Below, piece after piece: positions 39,972 through 48,703 of a stretch of 51,780 nucleotides of DNA. The notes beneath the pieces were generated by a model. The model had not been told where the DNA came from. It searched no databases and saw nothing but the letters and a program-made list of their open reading frames with translations. Position numbers and translations under genes: made by a program. The stretch is taken from sequence record DRR723986_8715; one strand, given 5' to 3'. How positions within the stretch are numbered: the stretch's first letter is position 1; each line of letters begins with the position of its first letter.

Positions 39972-41207
39972 ATGTCATTTAAAGACCTAAAACTTATAAA
40001 GCCACTTTTAAAAGCTATTGACGCATCTGGCTACAGCGAACCAACATTAGTACAACAAAGAGCTATTCCTTTAGTTTTAGATAAAAAAGATATTATCGTA
40101 TCTGCACAAACAGGCACTGGTAAAACAGCTGCCTTTGCCTTACCCATTTTACAAAATCTGTTTGACAAACAAGATGCACCTAAACGAGGAAAGAAAATTA
40201 GAGCACTTATTATTAGCCCAACTCGAGAGTTGGCTTCTCAGATTCAACAGAACTTTAAAACTTATGCGCAATTATCAAACCTAAGATCCTTTGTAGTTTT
40301 TGGCGGCACATCTATAGAACCTCAAATAGATGTTTTAAAAAAAGGAATCGATATTTTAGTGGCTACACCTGGTCGTTTACTAGACTTGCATAAACAAGAT
40401 TATATTAACCTAGACTATGTTGAAACATTGGTTTTGGATGAAGCCGATTTAATGTTGGCAATGGGTTTTATTGACGATGTAAAAAAGATCGAACGCCTTT
40501 GCCCACAAGAAAAACAGACGCTCTTATTCTCCGCCACAATACCTTATAAAATAGAACAGCTTGCCAACGGTATATTAAAAAACCCTGAACGTATTGATGT
40601 AACTCCTACCCACTCTATAGCCAAGGATGTAAGTCAAGTACTATATTATGTGCCTAAACGCAATAAAATTGAGTTGTGCCTACACCTATTGAGAAATACC
40701 ATTAAAGGAAACGTACTTATTTTTAGGCGTACCAAATTTGGCGTTAATAAGTTAGAAGAAACCTTACTTAAAAATGGATATAAGGTAGATAGTATTCATG
40801 GTGATAAAAACCAGAGTGACAGACAAACAGCGCTTAACAAATTTAAAAATGGCTACGTCAAAGTTTTAATTGCTACTGATGTTGCTGCACGTGGTATTGA
40901 TATTAACGAACTCGATAATGTTTTAAATTTTGATATGCCCAACCAGGCGGAAACCTATGTTCATAGAATTGGTAGAACAGGTAGAGCTGGCAATTTAGGT
41001 AAAGCTTATGCGATGTGTTCTGCTGACGAAAAAAGTTATATAAAAACCATTGAGCAGTTTATAAATGTTCAAATACCTATTGAGACTGAACATCCTTATC
41101 CTTTAGATCCTAAAGCAAAACCTATCGTTCATAAAAAGAAAGGTAGTAAGTATAAAAAAGGGCGTAAAAGTGTAGCTTCTAAGAAAAAGAAAAAGCGTTG
41201 GTATTAA
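39972..41207 (+). CDS. DEAD-box RNA helicase (RhlE-like)
   Basis: AQTGTGKT, PTRELA, DEAD, SAT and HRIGRTGRAG motifs with a basic tail; TAACTTTG promoter at 39948-39955. Confidence 0.93.
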   Translation: MSFKDLKLIKPLLKAIDASGYSEPTLVQQRAIPLVLDKKDIIVSAQTGTGKTAAFALPILQNLFDKQDAPKRGKKIRALIISPTRELASQIQQNFKTYAQLSNLRSFVVFGGTSIEPQIDVLKKGIDILVATPGRLLDLHKQDYINLDYVETLVLDEADLMLAMGFIDDVKKIERLCPQEKQTLLFSATIPYKIEQLANGILKNPERIDVTPTHSIAKDVSQVLYYVPKRNKIELCLHLLRNTIKGNVLIFRRTKFGVNKLEETLLKNGYKVDSIHGDKNQSDRQTALNKFKNGYVKVLIATDVAARGIDINELDNVLNFDMPNQAETYVHRIGRTGRAGNLGKAYAMCSADEKSYIKTIEQFINVQIPIETEHPYPLDPKAKPIVHKKKGSKYKKGRKSVASKKKKKRWY

Positions 41208-41216
41208 AGCATTTAT

Positions 41217-41609
41217 TTTATTAATACAATTTTTAATTAGTGTACTTTTTTCTTCACATATAATATTATCAAGTGCGTTATCTATAGAATCTAATTTATT
41301 AAAAGTAAACTCATCTATAGCTACATTATTTAAATGCTTTTTATTCTTTTTAATGTTATCCAAGCAAGTATTATAAGCAACTCTATATATCCAAGTAGAA
41401 AATTTAGAATCACCTTTAAACTTATCTAAAGACTTAAATACTTTAATAAATGTATCTTATGCAACCTCTTCCGCCTCTTCTTTATGCTTTAGCATTCTTA
41501 AGGCTAAAGTGTAAACCAAGTCCTTGTAGCGATCTACGAGTTTTGCATAAGCTCTAGTATCGCCATTATTAATAGCTTGTATTAATATGTGTTCTTCGTT
41601 GATGGTCAT
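41217..41609 (-). pseudogene. ECF sigma-70 factor pseudogene (nonsense codon plus loss of region 4)
   Basis: Reads MTINEEHILIQAINNGDTRAYAKLVDRYKDLVYTLALRMLKHKEEAEEVA*DTFIKVFKSLDKFKGDSKFSTWIYRVAYNTCLD...IKNCINK. TAA is at 41457-41459, and the frame then runs into the helicase 3' end. Confidence 0.9.
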
Positions 41610-41620
41610 TTTGTTATTAA

Positions 41621-41647
41621 GACGACAGCAAGTTTTAATTGGTTACA
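41621..41647 (-). promoter_or_regulatory. ECF promoter TGTAAC-N17-CGTC for the sigma gene
   Basis: -10 element ends 11 nt upstream of the sigma ATG, the usual autoregulatory position. Confidence 0.7.
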
Positions 41648-41678
41648 GAAATGATTAAAATAATTTTTTGCTAAAAAT

Positions 41679-41705
41679 TGTAACCTTAATCAAAATGGAA
41701 TCGTC
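41679..41705 (+). promoter_or_regulatory. ECF promoter TGTAAC-N17-CGTC for the DUF6249 gene
   Basis: Identical -35, -10 and spacing to the divergent promoter. Confidence 0.7.
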
Positions 41706-41751
41706 ATAGGTTATGAAACAAATAAAATTAATCAATTAAAAAACAAACATT

Positions 41752-42096
41752 ATGGATGAAGAAATTTTAATACCAATAAGCATGTTTGCCGCAATATTTG
41801 GCATCGTATACTTATACTTCTCAACAAGAAATAAAGAGCGATTAGCACTTATTAAAAAAGGTGCTGATGCCAGTATATTTAATATCGGAAAGCGATCTGG
41901 ATCGTCTTGGAAAGTTGTTGTTTTAGATATCTCTTTTCTTTTAATGGGTATTGGTCTAGGTATATTTATTGCTCATTTATTAGAAACTTACTCTGCTTTA
42001 GATGATGATGCCGTATATCCTGCAATGATATTCTTAATGGCTGGTTTAGGACTATACGTAGGCTATACTCAGACTAAAAAAGCATTAGACAGCTAA
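41752..42096 (+). CDS. DUF6249 family membrane protein
   Basis: FGIVYLYFSTRNKERLALIKKGADASIF plus TM helices; divergent from an ECF sigma gene. Confidence 0.75.
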   Translation: MDEEILIPISMFAAIFGIVYLYFSTRNKERLALIKKGADASIFNIGKRSGSSWKVVVLDISFLLMGIGLGIFIAHLLETYSALDDDAVYPAMIFLMAGLGLYVGYTQTKKALDS

Positions 42097-42125
42097 CACT
42101 TAAAGCTAATCAATCAAAAAATAAG

Positions 42126-42154
42126 AACGTCTCATGAAAATGAGACGTTTTTTT
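42126..42154 (+). terminator. Intrinsic terminator
   Basis: AACGTCTCAT-GAAA-ATGAGACGTT plus T tract. Confidence 0.85.
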
Positions 42155-42228
42155 ATGGCATAAATTATGTAGCTTTAGAGTGTCTTGCTGAATTAATTTC
42201 AGCATCTTTAATTTTGCAAATAGTTGAC

Positions 42229-43200
42229 ATGTACAAATACCTAATTCTATTTTTGTTTAGCCAGTTGAGCTTGGCACAAATTACTATTACAGATAGTATT
42301 ACAAAGTATCCTGTAAGCTATGCTACCATATCGTTTGGAAATGGTAATGGTCTTTTTGCTGATGATGAAGGTAAATTTGTGTTTACAAAAAAAATATATC
42401 CAGATATTGATTCTCTATTTATATCTGCTTTAGGTTTTAAGGATTTAAAAGTATCTACAGTAAATCTGCCAAATCAACTATTTATGAAGCCGCAGGCCGA
42501 TGAACTAGATGAAGTAATTATTGGCGTTAAATTAGATAGAAAGTTTAAAGAAGAAACTCTAAAACCATTCCTTGATGACGACTATTACAACTGTTGGTTA
42601 CCTACCATAGAATCGGAAATTGCCGTTTATTTCCCTAAAAACACTAATAAGGATCAAAAACTATCAGAAATAATTTTCCCTATTGCTCTAGAGTCTACAG
42701 ATTGGAAAAAACGAAAACGCACTAATAGTGAAAAGAAGAAGTTTTCTACTCTATTTAAAGTAAAATTCTATTCAAATAATAATGGTAGTCCTGGAAAGGT
42801 ATTAACTTATGAAACCATAGTCTTTAGAGCAACAGAAAAAGATGGTGATGCGTATACTTTAAATGTAGATCCCTATGATTTATATATACCTGAAAATGGT
42901 TTTTTTGTATCACTTCAGGTTATGGGTTATACCGATAAATCAGGAAAACTATTACCTAATAAAAAGTATAAGGAAATTAAATCTAAAACAGGCACAGTAA
43001 AAATCCCTACTAACTTTAGACCATTACTACCTTTTACCAACAAAATTGAATCTAAAAACACATTTATAAAGCGTGTATTTATTAGTGGTAATAATTGGGT
43101 GAAATTTGACAAAGGCAATGGGTTAAAATCGAGCTTATTAAAAAAAGACTTATTTAATTATAGTATTGGTATAACTTACAAAACCTACAAGAATGACTGA
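42229..43200 (+). CDS. Secreted protein with N-terminal carboxypeptidase-regulatory-like domain
   Basis: Signal peptide then ITDSITKYPVSYATI...ISALGF...LDEVII. Start moved to the ATG because the TTG overlaps a TAATTTTG promoter box. Confidence 0.7.
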   Translation: MYKYLILFLFSQLSLAQITITDSITKYPVSYATISFGNGNGLFADDEGKFVFTKKIYPDIDSLFISALGFKDLKVSTVNLPNQLFMKPQADELDEVIIGVKLDRKFKEETLKPFLDDDYYNCWLPTIESEIAVYFPKNTNKDQKLSEIIFPIALESTDWKKRKRTNSEKKKFSTLFKVKFYSNNNGSPGKVLTYETIVFRATEKDGDAYTLNVDPYDLYIPENGFFVSLQVMGYTDKSGKLLPNKKYKEIKSKTGTVKIPTNFRPLLPFTNKIESKNTFIKRVFISGNNWVKFDKGNGLKSSLLKKDLFNYSIGITYKTYKND

Positions 43201-43552
43201 ACCACTTGGTCTTTATATTATGGCCACAATCTACATTTTCGCAGGCCTTATGCATTTCATAAAACCAAAAATATATATGCGTGTTATGCCTAGCTATTTA
43301 CCAAATCATAAAGCCTTAGTTTATCTTAGTGGTATAGCTGAAATTGCATTAGGTATTGGTCTTTTTACACCTAGTTTAAAAGTTATTTCAATTTATGGCA
43401 TTTTAGCAATGCTGCTGGTATTTTTAGTTACAGTTCACTTTTATATGCTTACAAGCAAGAAAGCTGCTGCAGGAATACCAAAGTGGATATTAATACTTCG
43501 TATACCATTACAGTTTGGTTTAATGTATTGGGCTTGGATGTATTTGAAATAA
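43193..43552 (+). CDS. DoxX-like membrane protein
   Basis: YIFAGLMHFIKP...LVYLSGIAEIALG...RIPLQ. Confidence 0.8.
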   Translation: MTEPLGLYIMATIYIFAGLMHFIKPKIYMRVMPSYLPNHKALVYLSGIAEIALGIGLFTPSLKVISIYGILAMLLVFLVTVHFYMLTSKKAAAGIPKWILILRIPLQFGLMYWAWMYLK

Positions 43553-43565
43553 AAAGAAATATATC

Positions 43566-44744
43566 TTGAAAACTCAAACTGATAACAATACCAATGCCTG
43601 GATTTTACCAATAATTATTATTTCGCAGTTTTGTTGTACCTCCCTTTGGTTTGCAGGCAACTCAATAATAAATGATTTAATTTCTACATTTAACTTAAAT
43701 GTTCAATCCCTTGGCTATGTAAGTTCTTCCGTACAATTTGGTTTTATTATTGGCACATTAGTTTTTGCTTTTCTTACAATTAGTGACCGCTTTTCGTCTT
43801 CAAAAATATTTTTTATCTCAGCCGTTTTAGGAGCATTCTTTAATCTTGGAATACTATATCCATATAATTCTATTACTACACTATTGCTTTTTAGATTTTT
43901 TACTGGATTTTGTTTGGCAGGTATTTACCCAGTAGGTATGAAAATAGCAGCTGATTATTTTGAAAAAGGACTAGGCAAGTCATTGAGTTTTTTAGTCGGC
44001 GCACTAGTTCTAGGTACAGCACTACCCTACCTTATTAAAGCGTATCAATTTAGTTTTAATTGGGAAATTGTTATTTGGATAACTTCAATATTAGCGACAT
44101 TAGGTGGACTCTTAATTTTATTATTTGTTCCAGATGGACCTTACCAAAAACTCGCTCAAAGATTTGATGCTTCAAAAATTTTGAAAGTATTTAAAATGCC
44201 TACTTTTAGATCAGCAGCATTTGGATATTTCGGCCATATGTGGGAACTATATGCCTTTTGGACCTTTATTCCTATTATACTTCAATCATATACATCCAGC
44301 CACAATTCTCAATTCAATATTTATTTACTTTCTTTTATTATCATAGCCTCAGGGACAATATCTTGTGTTTTAGGTGGCTTCATCTCAAGCAAATATGGAG
44401 TTAAGAAAACAGCAAAAGTATCCTTAAGTATCTCTGGTTGTTGTTGTTTACTTTCCCCTCTGTTCTTTATGATAAACTCTACGACATTATTTATTATATT
44501 TTTAATTGTTTGGGGAATGGCAGTCATCTCAGATTCGCCATTGTTCTCTACACTAGTAGCTCAAAATAGCGATGAAGAGGCAAAAGGTACCGCTTTAACC
44601 ATAGTTAATTGTATTGGTTTTGGTATTACAATACTGAGCATCCAAATAATTAATTATTTGATATCTAACGTAGAATCTACTCAATATGTCTTTTTAATAC
44701 TTGCTATTGGTCCTCTTGCAGGATTAATGGCTTTAAGAAAATAA
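43566..44744 (+). CDS. MFS transporter
   Basis: About 12 TM helices; SLWFAGN, LAGIYPVGMK and GYFGHMWELYAFW. Confidence 0.88.
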   Translation: MKTQTDNNTNAWILPIIIISQFCCTSLWFAGNSIINDLISTFNLNVQSLGYVSSSVQFGFIIGTLVFAFLTISDRFSSSKIFFISAVLGAFFNLGILYPYNSITTLLLFRFFTGFCLAGIYPVGMKIAADYFEKGLGKSLSFLVGALVLGTALPYLIKAYQFSFNWEIVIWITSILATLGGLLILLFVPDGPYQKLAQRFDASKILKVFKMPTFRSAAFGYFGHMWELYAFWTFIPIILQSYTSSHNSQFNIYLLSFIIIASGTISCVLGGFISSKYGVKKTAKVSLSISGCCCLLSPLFFMINSTTLFIIFLIVWGMAVISDSPLFSTLVAQNSDEEAKGTALTIVNCIGFGITILSIQIINYLISNVESTQYVFLILAIGPLAGLMALRK

Positions 44745-44748
44745 TTAA

Positions 44749-45429
44749 TTACTCTACCTCAAAATCAAAATAAGTTTTAGGAAAAGGTTCCCAACGTAAA
44801 GTAAAATGCCACCATTCTTTTGGGTAATTTCTAAAATTATGCTTCAGCATAACAGTTTGTAGCAATTGCCTATTTTTCTTCTGATCATCTGTTATATCAT
44901 TGTAGCTTACCCAAGACTCTTCGCCAAAAAAATCATAAGGGCTACCCATATCTAACGGCTCACCTGTTTCTCCATTAGTAATTGTTAGATCTAAAGTACT
45001 GCCTCTACTATGGCCAGATCTTGAGGCAATGTATTCTTCTTTAAACAAATTCCTCTTCTCAACATTAGGATAAAATTGAGATTTATTAATAGTGTCGTTT
45101 AAATCTTTTGCCCATATTATAAAATGATTAACAGCGCGCTGTGGTCTGTAACCATCATACACTTTTAAACAAAGATTTTGTTTTTGTAACTCGTCTTGCA
45201 CCAATTTCAGCTTTTCTGTAGCTTCTTTTGTTAAAATCAATCGGTTGGCTTTGTAACCATCAATAGTATCACCAACAAAATTATTAGTACTATAATAACG
45301 TAATTCTACGTCTATATCAGCAATCACCGATTTTACATAAACAAAACCTTCTGGCAAATCTTTGGTTTGATTAAACCCAAAGGCTAATAAACTAAATAAT
45401 AGTAGGTATGTGAAAGTTTTATTATTCAT
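44749..45429 (-). CDS. D-alanyl-D-alanine dipeptidase (M15, VanX/DdpX-like)
   Basis: YDGYRPQ, SGHSRGSTLD and EWWHF. Confidence 0.92.
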   Translation of the reverse strand: MNNKTFTYLLLFSLLAFGFNQTKDLPEGFVYVKSVIADIDVELRYYSTNNFVGDTIDGYKANRLILTKEATEKLKLVQDELQKQNLCLKVYDGYRPQRAVNHFIIWAKDLNDTINKSQFYPNVEKRNLFKEEYIASRSGHSRGSTLDLTITNGETGEPLDMGSPYDFFGEESWVSYNDITDDQKKNRQLLQTVMLKHNFRNYPKEWWHFTLRWEPFPKTYFDFEVE

Positions 45430-45460
45430 CTCTAAGCACTAATTTAGACAAAAAATAGCT

Positions 45461-46066
45461 ATGGATTTGTTTTTTAAAGAGAAACAACATTTTGACTTAC
45501 CGAATGCCGAATTAGTTTACTACCCCAATTTTTTTAGTAATAAAGAAGCAAACAAATTCTATGATGTAATTGAGTCTAAAACCAATTGGCAACACGATGA
45601 TATAACAGTATTTGGCAAAACCTATAAGCAACCACGACTAACTGCTTTATATGGTGATACTAATAAACCTTATGGCTATTCAAATATAGTAATGCATCCA
45701 AGTCCATTTACCTCAACATTAAAGCATATAAAGACAAAAGTGGAACGAGTTTGTGAACATAAGTTTAATACATTGCTTATTAATTTATATAGAGATGGCA
45801 ATGATAGTAACGGTTGGCATGCAGATAATGAAAAAGAACTTGGTAAAAACCCAGTAATAGCTTCAGTTAGTTTTGGTGAAGCAAGACCATTTCATTTTAA
45901 ACATAGAACTATAAAAGAGCAACGACATAAATTAATATTAGAGCATGGGAGTTTACTATTAATGAAAGGCGAAATGCAGCACTTCTGGTTGCATCAAATT
46001 GCAAAAACTAAAAAGAAAATTTCACCAAGAATAAACCTTACTTTCAGGAAACTGGTAAGGTTATAA
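45461..46066 (+). CDS. AlkB-like 2OG-Fe(II) dioxygenase
   Basis: NLYRDGNDSNGWHADNE, WLHQIAK and RINLTFR. Confidence 0.9.
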   Translation: MDLFFKEKQHFDLPNAELVYYPNFFSNKEANKFYDVIESKTNWQHDDITVFGKTYKQPRLTALYGDTNKPYGYSNIVMHPSPFTSTLKHIKTKVERVCEHKFNTLLINLYRDGNDSNGWHADNEKELGKNPVIASVSFGEARPFHFKHRTIKEQRHKLILEHGSLLLMKGEMQHFWLHQIAKTKKKISPRINLTFRKLVRL

Positions 46067-46072
46067 AAACAA

Positions 46073-46101
46073 AAAACCGGGTTCCCTCAAACCCGGTTTT
46101 T
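46073..46101. terminator. Bidirectional intrinsic terminator after the alkB-like gene
   Basis: AAAAACCGGGTT...AACCCGGTTTTT. Confidence 0.8.
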
Positions 46102-46439
46102 CTAATTTGCTTTTTTTATTATGTTAGTAGATTTAGGGTCTCTAAGTCAACCTGACATAATGCAAATATTAATTAATTAATCCATTGAACTAAAAACTAA
46201 ATTTTAGGACACTTCAGATATATAATTCCATTTCAATTACATCGCTAAAAAACACTATTAATCGATGTAATACATATTTTTTTAACATATTAAGATAAAA
46301 ACATGCATTTCATCGATGAAATACACAGCGAATAAATAAGAATATTATGTATGGAACATACTAAAATGGAATAAAATTTGATTCAAATTATACGTTTACT
46401 AATGATATCATTTAATTTTACCACTATAAAATAGTGCTT

Positions 46440-47363
46440 ATGAAACGAATTTTTATTGCTCTAATACTTTTATTCTCTATTACAAGTTTTGCCCAAGAAG
46501 TTACTTTTACAGAAGAAGAAATATCCGTTTCTAAGTGGATAGATGGCACATTATTAAATCCAAATGATAGTGATAAACCTAATTTAGCAATAATTATTGC
46601 TGGCTCTGGACCTACGAATAGAAATGGTAATCAGAATTTTTTAAATAATAATTCTTTAAAAAAATTAGCTGAAAGTTTAACTAATAATGGTATTGCCACT
46701 TTCAGATACGACAAGCGTATAGTTAAACAAATACGACAAGGAAATGTAGATAAGAATATGATGTTTGACGATTTTGTTGATGACGGAAAAGATGTCATTA
46801 ACTACTTTAAAACATTAAATACTTATAATAGAATTTACGTTATTGGCCATAGTCAAGGCAGTTTGGTTGGTATGATTGCAGCAAGGGATTTAGCAGATGG
46901 ATTTATTTCTTTAGCTGGTGCAGGCAATAATATTGGTGATGTTATTGTAGAGCAGGTAACCAATATGGCACCTCAACTTGGTGAAGAAGCCCAGAGAATT
47001 GTCAATCAGTTAAAAAAGGGAAAAACTACAAAGGACTATCCAGCAGCTCTCGCATCTGTATTTAATACGGATGTTCAAGAATTTATGATTAATTGGATGC
47101 AGTACAATCCTACTGAAATAATTTCAGAGTTAAAAATGCCCATTTTACTTATTAATGGCACTAAAGATCTACAGGTCTCAGAAACTGAGGCAAAACTATT
47201 AAAAGAAGCTAATGAAAATGCTGAACTGGTTCTTGTTGAAAATATGAATCATGTACTCTTTGAAATAGAAGGTGATGATCTGGAAAATTCAAAATCTTAT
47301 AATGAATCCTTTAGGCCAATTTCTACTCAATTAATAAGTAGCATAACAGAATTTATTAAATAA
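46440..47363 (+). CDS. Secreted alpha/beta hydrolase
   Basis: Signal peptide, AGSGPTNRNG, GHSQG nucleophile elbow, GTKDLQV and MNHVL. Confidence 0.88.
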   Translation: MKRIFIALILLFSITSFAQEVTFTEEEISVSKWIDGTLLNPNDSDKPNLAIIIAGSGPTNRNGNQNFLNNNSLKKLAESLTNNGIATFRYDKRIVKQIRQGNVDKNMMFDDFVDDGKDVINYFKTLNTYNRIYVIGHSQGSLVGMIAARDLADGFISLAGAGNNIGDVIVEQVTNMAPQLGEEAQRIVNQLKKGKTTKDYPAALASVFNTDVQEFMINWMQYNPTEIISELKMPILLINGTKDLQVSETEAKLLKEANENAELVLVENMNHVLFEIEGDDLENSKSYNESFRPISTQLISSITEFIK

Positions 47364-47390
47364 CTGTTCTACAGAACAGATTGTTAAACT

Positions 47391-47499
47391 AAAAAAGCAT
47401 CTTCAATGAAGATGCTTTTTTACTAACTAACCAACCAAATGTAATGTTACGATTTTGTAGTGTGTTACTAGTCTGTAACTATCGTAATAACCATTACAC
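47391..47499 (-). ncRNA. Candidate sigma-54-dependent sRNA 3
   Basis: Nested hairpin (TGTAATG/CATTACA, TTACGAT/ATCGTAA, GTTAC/GTAAC), then TTGGTTGGTTAGTTAGT, then bidirectional terminator at 47391-47421. Confidence 0.6.
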
Positions 47500-47508
47500 T
47501 TTTAATAT

Positions 47509-47524
47509 AGCAAACGATGTGCCA
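47509..47524 (-). promoter_or_regulatory. Sigma-54 promoter TGGCAC-ATCGT-TTGCT
   Basis: Full match to the -24/-12 consensus TGGCAC-N5-TTGCW; the predicted +1 falls at the 5' end of the hairpin. Confidence 0.75.
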
Positions 47525-47587
47525 AACTTTCTAAAACTCTTTTTTTAATAAAAATGTAACATTTTTTAGGTTTTATGTACTCATATG

Positions 47588-47628
47588 TTATATCTTTATG
47601 ATATCATTTTAATATCATATTGATTTTA
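47588..47628 (+). promoter_or_regulatory. TGATATCA-like repeats with 11-bp period, probable Arc/RHH operator
   Basis: TTATATCT at 47588, TGATATCA at 47599, TAATATCA at 47610 and TGATTTTA at 47621, upstream of an operon ending in an Arc-family gene. Confidence 0.55.
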
Positions 47629-47658
47629 AATGATTATTAACCAATTAAATTTTAAAAG

Positions 47659-48519
47659 ATGAAAGAAGAAAAAATCATAATTCCTGCAAATGGCTACTTT
47701 ATGCTATTTATATTTTTAGTATTGCTTTTTGGAAGTATAGCTGCAATGATTGCGTTAGAAACTCCATGGCCAATTATTACAATTATCCTTGCCTTAGTAA
47801 TGGCATTTGGTTTTGTTATGGTTCAACCAAACGGATCACGCGTATTATTGTTATTCGGAAAATATGTAGGAACTGTAAAAAAGAATGGGTTTTATTGGGT
47901 GAATCCATTTTACACCAAAAAGAAAATATCTCTAAGGGCTAGCAACTTTGATAGTGAGCGACTAAAAGTAAATGACAAATTAGGTAATCCTGTAATGATA
48001 AGTACCATATTAGTATGGCGTGTACAAAATACCTACAAAGCAGCTTTTGATGTGGATAACTACGAAAATTTTGTTCGAGTACAAACAGATGCTGCTGTAC
48101 GTAAACTAGCAAGTATGTATCCTTATGACAATTTTGCTGATGAAGGACATGATGAAGACATCACACTAAGATCTAGTGTTAACGAAGTAAGTAATGCTTT
48201 AGAAAAAGAAATAGACGAGCGTTTATCTATTGCTGGTATTGAAGTTTTAGAAGCACGTATTGGATATCTAGCCTATGCGCAAGAAATTGCAAACGCTATG
48301 CTAAAGCGTCAGCAAGCCACGGCTATTGTTGCAGCAAGACATAAAATTGTAGAAGGAGCTGTAAGCATGGTAGAAATGGCTATTGACGAACTTAATAAAA
48401 AAGATGTTGTCGATTTAGATGAAGAACGCAAAGCGGCCATGGTGAGTAACCTCATGGTAGTATTATGCGGTGATAAAGATGCATCTCCTGTATTAAACAC
48501 AGGTACATTAAGTCATTAA
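47659..48519 (+). CDS. SPFH/band 7 domain membrane protein
   Basis: N-terminal TM helices, LFGKYVGT, KVNDKLGNP, LAYAQEIANAMLKRQQA and MVSNLMVVLC. Confidence 0.92.
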   Translation: MKEEKIIIPANGYFMLFIFLVLLFGSIAAMIALETPWPIITIILALVMAFGFVMVQPNGSRVLLLFGKYVGTVKKNGFYWVNPFYTKKKISLRASNFDSERLKVNDKLGNPVMISTILVWRVQNTYKAAFDVDNYENFVRVQTDAAVRKLASMYPYDNFADEGHDEDITLRSSVNEVSNALEKEIDERLSIAGIEVLEARIGYLAYAQEIANAMLKRQQATAIVAARHKIVEGAVSMVEMAIDELNKKDVVDLDEERKAAMVSNLMVVLCGDKDASPVLNTGTLSH

Positions 48520-48520
48520 T

Positions 48521-48703
48521 ATGAATAAAAATCAAGTATATAGTATCGCCCTTGGTTGCGCCTTTGGTAGTAGTTTTGGCACTACAATAGGTACAGTCAC
48601 AGGCAATGTAGCCATGAGCCTTGTCTATGGCACGTTGATAGGTACTATTATAGGAGTAATATTGGCATTAGTAGTTTTTAAAGACGATAAAAAAGAAGAC
48701 TAA
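48521..48703 (+). CDS. Small Gly-rich membrane protein
   Basis: 60 aa with GxxxG repeats, tightly spaced within the SPFH operon. Confidence 0.7.
   Translation: MNKNQVYSIALGCAFGSSFGTTIGTVTGNVAMSLVYGTLIGTIIGVILALVVFKDDKKED

Noticed and set aside
41103-41363. 86-aa ORF listed in the track
   Set aside because: It is the post-stop fragment of the sigma pseudogene reading on into the antisense strand of the helicase.
3351-41459. Stop-codon reassignment as the explanation for the in-frame TAA, TGA and TAA
   Set aside because: TAA and TGA end many intact genes in the window, the inferred original residues differ (E, G, Q), and core genes have no internal stops.
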